This document shows positions 55,028-64,000 of a DNA stretch of 64,000 nt, piece after piece. This DNA comes from the human T2T-CHM13v2.0 reference genome, Homo sapiens, in the NCBI RefSeq assembly GCF_009914755.1, contig NC_060942.1. One strand, given 5' to 3'. The notes beneath the pieces were generated by a model. That model searched no databases. It saw only the letters and a list, made by a program, of their open reading frames with translations, and was not told the origin of the DNA. Each line of letters begins with the position of its first letter. Position 1 is the stretch's first letter. The position numbers were made by a program, and so were the translations under genes.

Positions 55028-56049
55028 TCATTCATGGCAAACTTCTAGAGAGGAGACAGACACACTGTGAAGATGGTGGTGCATTGAGCAATATGAGCAA
55101 ATATCAACATTGTGGAGAAGCCAGGAGCAGGACAAACTGGCTGTGTTGTGGTTGATAATTGTGTTCCAGCATAATCTTGCCACTGTTTGCCAAACTTGCA
55201 CTTTGTTATCCTTTGATTCATTCATGTATTACATAAATACTCATTGCGGTTTTATGACACAATCCCCAAAACAAAGGCATCAAACATGAACATATTAAAA
55301 GAGTTTTCCCTGAGATGCCATCAGCTCATGGCTCCCACTGCATTTTTACTGGCCAGGGTAGACTGGAATTCTTCAGTCTGGAAGATGATACTCCAGAGAA
55401 ACTCCTGATAGCAGTCAACCTGGTAGCTTTCCCCCTCAGAACTAAGAACAATTTCTCTTTGGTACATTTTTCAACATTGGGCATTTGCGGATGCCTTAGA
55501 GAATGTATGAAAAACAAGACAGAACATGCCATGTTAGGAGGTTCAAAAAACCTTGGAAATTCCTGGACATTTACTGAAGTGCTCCAGCCAGAAGGGCCTT
55601 CTCAACATCCTCAGCATATATTGTATGCATTTGCTTTTCTAAGAAAGAAAGAAACTCTCTTTGCTAGAGGTAGGGAACCAGTAATAGTAATAGGACCAAG
55701 GACTAATCTTACAGAACACAGTCCTTCAAAGAAAGAAGAAACATTTGTTATTGGAATTATATTCCACTGGATTTGACAGAGACTTTCTAACCACTTCTAT
55801 CTTCAGTGGGTAGGCAGAAGACCTAAATATGAATGAAATTAGCCCTCTTTTAAATAACTTTTAGGGACATCGGATACAAACAATCTTAAATTTCATGAAG
55901 GCAAGGAATATCACCTAAAAGACAGTTTGGCACATAGTGTGTTCCATAAACATTTTTGGATCAAATAAGGCAGAATATTTTAAGTGTTAGAAGCATGGTC
56001 TGAACAAACATCTCTGGTTATTCAGAGAAAATAGACATCCTGCTTCATT

Positions 56050-56300
56050 GGAAGGGGCAGTGAGAGTTTCACCAAGGAGGACCCTTCTGTGGTTCATGGT
56101 AAAGAATAGATGGAATGGAGGAAAGTAGAGATGAGAGGGAAGGGTGTTTTATAAGAAGGGATGACATGAGCAATGGAGAGCAGCCTGGAGCTTGTCAAAC
56201 ACAAGAGGAGGTATAGGCTACAGAGACAGGTCAGGCCATACTGTGGAGTGTCTGCAGTGCCAGACGGAGAAGATGCCTAGATGAACGTGAAGATGGCAGG
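56050..56300 (-). mobile_element. L2 fragment
   Basis: Purine-rich degenerate L2 (gggaagggtgtttt...gtcaggccatactgtggag). Confidence 0.45.
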
Positions 56301-57859
56301 TGATTCTAGGCCTTTCCTCTTGCCTTTCTTCATTATTACTGGTAAAGCTAGAGAAGATCATACGAGACATGGTTTTAATGGATCTCTTGGTATTAGTACA
56401 AGGACCTTCCTTCTTGACTTCTAGAGAAGCCACTATACATTTTTGTCAGTCTCTCTCATATCCCTACATCTATTCTTTATCTCATATGATTATATTGCCC
56501 CCTCTGTGTTTCTCTCTCTGACTGTCTCCCTGTCCCCAAGTTTTAGTGTGATGGAAAATAAAATAGCAAGGTGACATGGTCTGGGAAGGAGGGTACATAT
56601 CTGTGCTGCATAATACTTAAAAGAAATGTTAAGGAGTTTCGATACATTGATGGTCAGGTTTTCTCAATATGTTTTTCAGAAAAAATACAGAACATTAGGC
56701 AAGTGCTGCTTTAGTAAATAAAAATGTCCAACCCTCATTCTGCATTTCTTGGGAGGCAATCCTGTCCTTTTATACCACAGGAGAAATATCAATGTCTTAA
56801 ATCTTTAACATGGATTTTCAGCAGTTCTTAAGGGCTGGAAGAAGGCAAACAAAAGGAAAGACTTGTCAGCTGTGGTGGCCACATCTGGGGTAGACAGTGT
56901 AGCCCAGATACACGTGAAATCCCTAAAATTTCTCTTAAACTTTCAGGCATCCCGTTGTCACTGAGCCCTCCCACATCAGTTATTGGGATGCAGTAATAAG
57001 CCATGCTCTATCATTGTTTTTAATGTCCCATCTTTCTTAGTCTGTATTTCTTCTGATCTGATTCCTTCTCCATCTGTTTCAGGTTTCCAGAACCAAAGAC
57101 TTTCACCTTCCTAATTCTGTTTCTCTTTAACAAGACCTGCTGTTACATTCTTTAGTCACTTCAAAGTAAACACAGTCAATATCAGTTTACAGTGATATAT
57201 CCCAGGAATACATGGCTTTTAACCCAAACCAAAGCCTTAAAGAAAAATCTCCCTGATGAATTTAACACTCTGCTTTCTGGGGTCCTTCCTAGTGTCCAGA
57301 GGATTGAGCAGCTTTATCTCTGAGCTGCACATTGGCAAAAAGCTCTTGGAAGGGTTCAAACTTTACAAGAATGATTCTATTATCAGTTTTTTAAAACCAT
57401 CAGCCAATCCTGTTCAGTCAAGATTTTGTGTTTTCATCTTCCTGAGCCATTTGAGTTTTTTCCCCTGATTCACACCTTTAGAATAACTCCCACTTGCCTG
57501 CTTCCAGCCATCATTAGTAATACTCATCAATGATAGGCTAAAAAGTCACCAAGTTCTTTTGCTTTTGACTGAGATAATTTTCTTTCTTTTATTGTTTTTA
57601 GATAGTGGTTATTGTATTTCTTAAAAGTTCTGAGTCAAAATATCTGTTTTTATGTTAATGAAAATGACAAATTCAATGAGTTGAATTTAACAAAGTTACT
57701 TGCTTTTGTTCCTTAGTTTTGTCTTTCACCAACTGCTAACACAAAGAAAGAACACAAAAGCTCACATTTTAGCTTTAGAATATCTATAGCAGAATAGGCA
57801 AGACTGGTTGGTGGACAACATACCAGATGACAAATAATTTGACCCAACACTTTGGTATT

Positions 57860-57899
57860 TGTATTAGTCAGGGTTCTCTAGAGGGGCAGAACTAATAGG

Positions 57900-57930
<31 letters not shown>

Positions 57931-58331
57931 TACACAGATACATGGGAGTTTATTAAGTAGTATTAACTGACATGATCACAAGGTCCCACAATAGGCTGTC
58001 TGCAAGCTGAGGAGCAAGGAGAGCCAGTCTGAGTTTCAAAACTGAAGATCTTGGTGTCCGATGTTTGAGGGCAGGAAACATCCTGCACAAGAGAAAGATG
58101 TAGGCTGGGAGACTAGGCCAGTCTCTCTTTTCACATTTTTCTGCCTGCTTATATTCTAGCAGCACTCACAGTTGAATAGTTTTTGCCTACCCAGATTAAA
58201 GGTGGGTCTGCCTTTCCCAGCCCACTGACTCAAATGTTAATCTCCTTTGGCAACACCCTCACAGACACACCCAAGATCAATATCTGTATCTTTCAATCCA
58301 ATCAAGTTGAAACTCAGTATTAACCATTACA
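57860..58331 (-). mobile_element. MLT2A1-like HERV-L solo LTR
   Basis: tgtattagtcagggttctctaga...(TA)n...gatcacaaggtcccacaatagg...attaaccattaca; 5-bp TSD GTATT (57855-57859, 58332-58336). Confidence 0.92.
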
Positions 58332-60293
58332 GTATTTACTCTTTTTCCTAAAAGCCATTCTTGGATCTACAGGAAGCACAGCCGTGAGTTGACATCCAGA
58401 TGGGCTCTACTTCAAGAGATAACGAGAGGGAGGCCCAAATACCCCAAAGCAATGAAATTACACCTTGTTTTGAACAGATGGCACAGCCAGAGACCTGGAA
58501 TTTCCTAAAATGCAACCAAAAAATTTGCCTTAGTGCAAATGTGTTAAATATTAATATTATTATAGATATTAGTCATCAAAAACTAACTTCAACATTGACA
58601 AGATGTGGAACAATTAGAGCCCTTTTGATTGCCTGATGCTTAAGTGAAAGTATGCAAAGTGGTCCTTTGAGGGGATAGCACTGAGCCTAGGAAAGTAAAT
58701 TCCTTTAGCAACATGTTGGTCTCGTGTTGTCCCCACTTCCCTCTAATGTACGGTCACTCATGAAGGGAGCAGTGGGAATTCAGAAAAGGTAAGGTCCAGA
58801 TAGAGTCAGGCAGCTGTCTCATTGGATTGGTTTGTACAAAGGTAACTTAGGTCTGACTCTCAGGCAACCACTGATATGCTATTTATTAATCTGCAAGGAA
58901 ATGTTCACATACCTGCCTCTACACCTTTTCTCATACTAATCCTCTGCCCTTTTGCCATTTTTCCATCACATCCATTGAATCAAACCCTTTCCAGCCTTTA
59001 GATATCCTCAAGAGACCTTTCCAAAATATCTGAAAATTTCATGCTCTAATGTTAACTTTTGTTTCACTTACTATCCATCATATTACCTGGGAATTTTATT
59101 GGGCTCCATTATTTGGTATATTTCACATGTATATTTTTATCTACACAAATTTATTCTGGGCTCAAGAATTCAAATAAACTCACACATTTTTCTTTGTCTT
59201 GGATCCTTCCTTTCATCACATGGCATATAACTTAGCGTATGTATGTATGTGTGCATATTTACACAAATTACAGAATATATACATATATTACCTATATCTG
59301 TATCTACATAGATATAGATGCATAATATATTTTCTTCAATAACCTGTAGGGGTGCATTACAGGGAAGTAGGCTAACACTCAGTATGAAACTAGCAATTAC
59401 AATGGTTCAATAATGAAAAATGGTTTTCCTTTTTAGGTTTTGGTACATTGCATTCATCCATCCACCATTAGGCTGAGTTTCCTCAGAGGTGACATGATGT
59501 GATTGCCTGAAGAAAATGCATATTCTCTTTTCCTGCATAGAGCTTTTTCTTCTTGCCAAGGTGAGGTATGCTGGAAACCTAGAGGGTAACCTCATAATTC
59601 CCTTTACTGCTCTATGAAATCTGCTGCCTGGAACAGTAAGGTAAGTAGACTGTTCCTTGTTTCATTTTCTCTGATTTTCCTTACTGCCCTTTGATAACTT
59701 TTAATCCTTTAGATCCCAAGCAAAAGGTACCATGTCCCATCTTTCTTAGTCTGTATTCAGCTTTGTACCTGGGCCTCCAAGTCCAACTGTATCCAGTGCC
59801 ATTCCATGTAGAAAAGAAAAGCTAATAAAATATTCTCTAAATATTCATCATTAGTTCTTATAAGTATTTTTTTCTCACAGAAAATTCCACTTCCCTCCTT
59901 AGTTCTTGAATGTCCACACACAGAGAAGGGGAAGAGGTCTGTTTTGTGCCAACTCTTATCTAAGTTGTTAAGGATTTTAGTAGCTATAAAGACTCTTATT
60001 ATTCTCCTCACTGACCATCTGTTAGTGTTGCCAGGGAATCACTAAGGTGAAGATTTTGGAGAGGAGTAAAGATGATTTGGACCTAAGGGAATGAACACAT
60101 TTATGACATATTATTATACATTTCACTAGAAGTGTTCAAGTACATGTTTGTATTTTTTTTTATTTTGATAGAGGAGAGGGACTGATATATTGATGGGAAG
60201 GTTAGAAGGAATGCAAATTTCTAGTCTCTGAAGAAATCATGTATATGGTCACTATTGATCTTGATTCACATTTATTTGAAATTTACATCAATA

Positions 60294-62568
<2,275 letters not shown>

Positions 62569-64000
62569 GATCACATACACCTATATGTCTTATTTGACAG
62601 TGAGTGTGACTTAAATGCATGCTTTGTAAGTCACTTATACTTAAATGTGATGGCATAATCACGTAAAAGCTTTCTAGTGGTCCTGATTCCATGTATTTAA
62701 CTGGGCATTTGGATATTTCAATGGATTCATTGTTACTTATGGGCTATGTTTTTTTTTTCTCTCTCTTGTATCAACCACTGTGGCTAATTAGGCAGAAGAT
62801 TCAAATCGTCATGAATTTTTCAGGCTGATAGGTATTCCTTTCCAGGGATAATTTGTTGCTATCAGAGGAATGACCATGGTCGTACTTTGTTGGTAGTGTC
62901 TGACCTTATTTCCTTGTTCAGACTGAAATTAGTTGGGCGCCTGTGCCAAGAAGGTCATTTAGTAAATCATCTCTCTGAAAACAAGTCTGTTTTAGGGACT
63001 GTCCTTTTCTTGTTCCCCTTCATTGCCTACTCTCGCCTCTACTGCTGCAGACTCCATCAAGAAGGAATAAGACTCAAAGAAACTTTTACCCAGGATTTCA
63101 GAAACTTAAAAAATTCAGTGAAGAACCTAGTTATAAAACTTGCATAGAAGACTAGAATAATTCCATTCGATGAGCTTTCTGTGTTAACAATGAGGAAGAT
63201 TTGGCATACACCAGTTAGGGACAGAATTTTTATAACTGAATGAGAAATAAGGAAAACTATTTTTTATATGGTTTGCTATTGCCATGCTAGGGATGCTGGA
63301 AGAATTGATTTCCTGGGATGGCAAAGTAAGGCCATTTCATTTAACCTTTTCCTCCAGACATATAGGGGGAACTTCCGAGCACTAATCCCTCACCCCTCGC
63401 CACAAGTTGTTGTTTTCCAATTACAGCTGATTAGTGGTTGGAATTATTAGTAAGAATTACACAACTATTTATGTCTGTTGAAAAAGTCATCAGTACTAAT
63501 TTTTGCAAATTGGTTGTAATTTCCAAAGAAAATATCAATTAATTCATTCGTTAAGAATTGTAATGAGTTAGCCCATTGGAGACTGGCATGGCAGTAAGAG
63601 CACAGAAGTAGTTCTCAGGACGTCAAGGTTATAGATTACCCTTGGCAATTCCAAGAACTTTGGATTTTTACTTTACCAGCATAAAAAAAAAGATCATGTT
63701 CCTTAAAGATAAGACGAGAGTATCTAAAAAAAAAAAAAAAAGGCCTATTTCAATCTTCATTTTTTTTTCCTTTGGCAATTTTCTTTCCTAATTTTCCATT
63801 GGGAAGAGACAATGTGGTATTTAACCTCTTTGCTCCCTCATGATTTGTATATAGTTAGGGATTCAGATATGTTATCCTTCAGCTCTAAAAGAAGCCACTA
63901 TATTGGAACACAAGGGGTCATTTTACTTATGGGTGTACATACTTTTTAATTAAAAATTATTTTATTGCTTTTGTTAAGTAATTAAATTTAACAAGTAATT

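Noticed and set aside
55315-55776. Longest non-repeat ORF (153 aa)
   Set aside because: No recognisable domain or coding-like composition; this length is plausible by chance in 64 kb
59541-59640. Plus-strand exon candidate ending AAG|GTAAGT
   Set aside because: Ambiguous acceptor and donor choices and no supporting plus-strand gene structure

Overview
Primate (human-like) non-coding genomic DNA, AT-rich and repeat-dense. I found no intact protein-coding gene, rRNA, tRNA or CRISPR array; the recognisable ORFs in the track are translations of Alu, L1, ERVL or DNA-transposon sequence. The window holds about a dozen Alus, two 5'-truncated primate L1s (L1PA8/10-like and L1PA2-like), older L1M/L2/MIR fragments, several solo LTRs (MER34, LTR1-like, LTR9-like, LTR28-like, MLT2D, MLT1A, MLT2A1), an ancient ERVL provirus remnant with recognisable RT/RNase H, and DNA transposons (MER82, MER58A, MER46C, MER5A, MER20, and an Hsmar2 mariner interrupted by an L1). 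The best non-repeat signals are a minus-strand TATA+Inr core promoter near 45513, a well-formed 64-nt minus-strand exon at 9639-9702 (possibly the same spliced lncRNA or 5'UTR), several enhancer-like unique blocks, and two convergent LTR promoters flanking a short, possibly decayed coding segment. Repeat family names come from recalled consensus sequences and need RepeatMasker/Dfam confirmation. I cannot name the locus and I see no strong evidence for a novel biological system.
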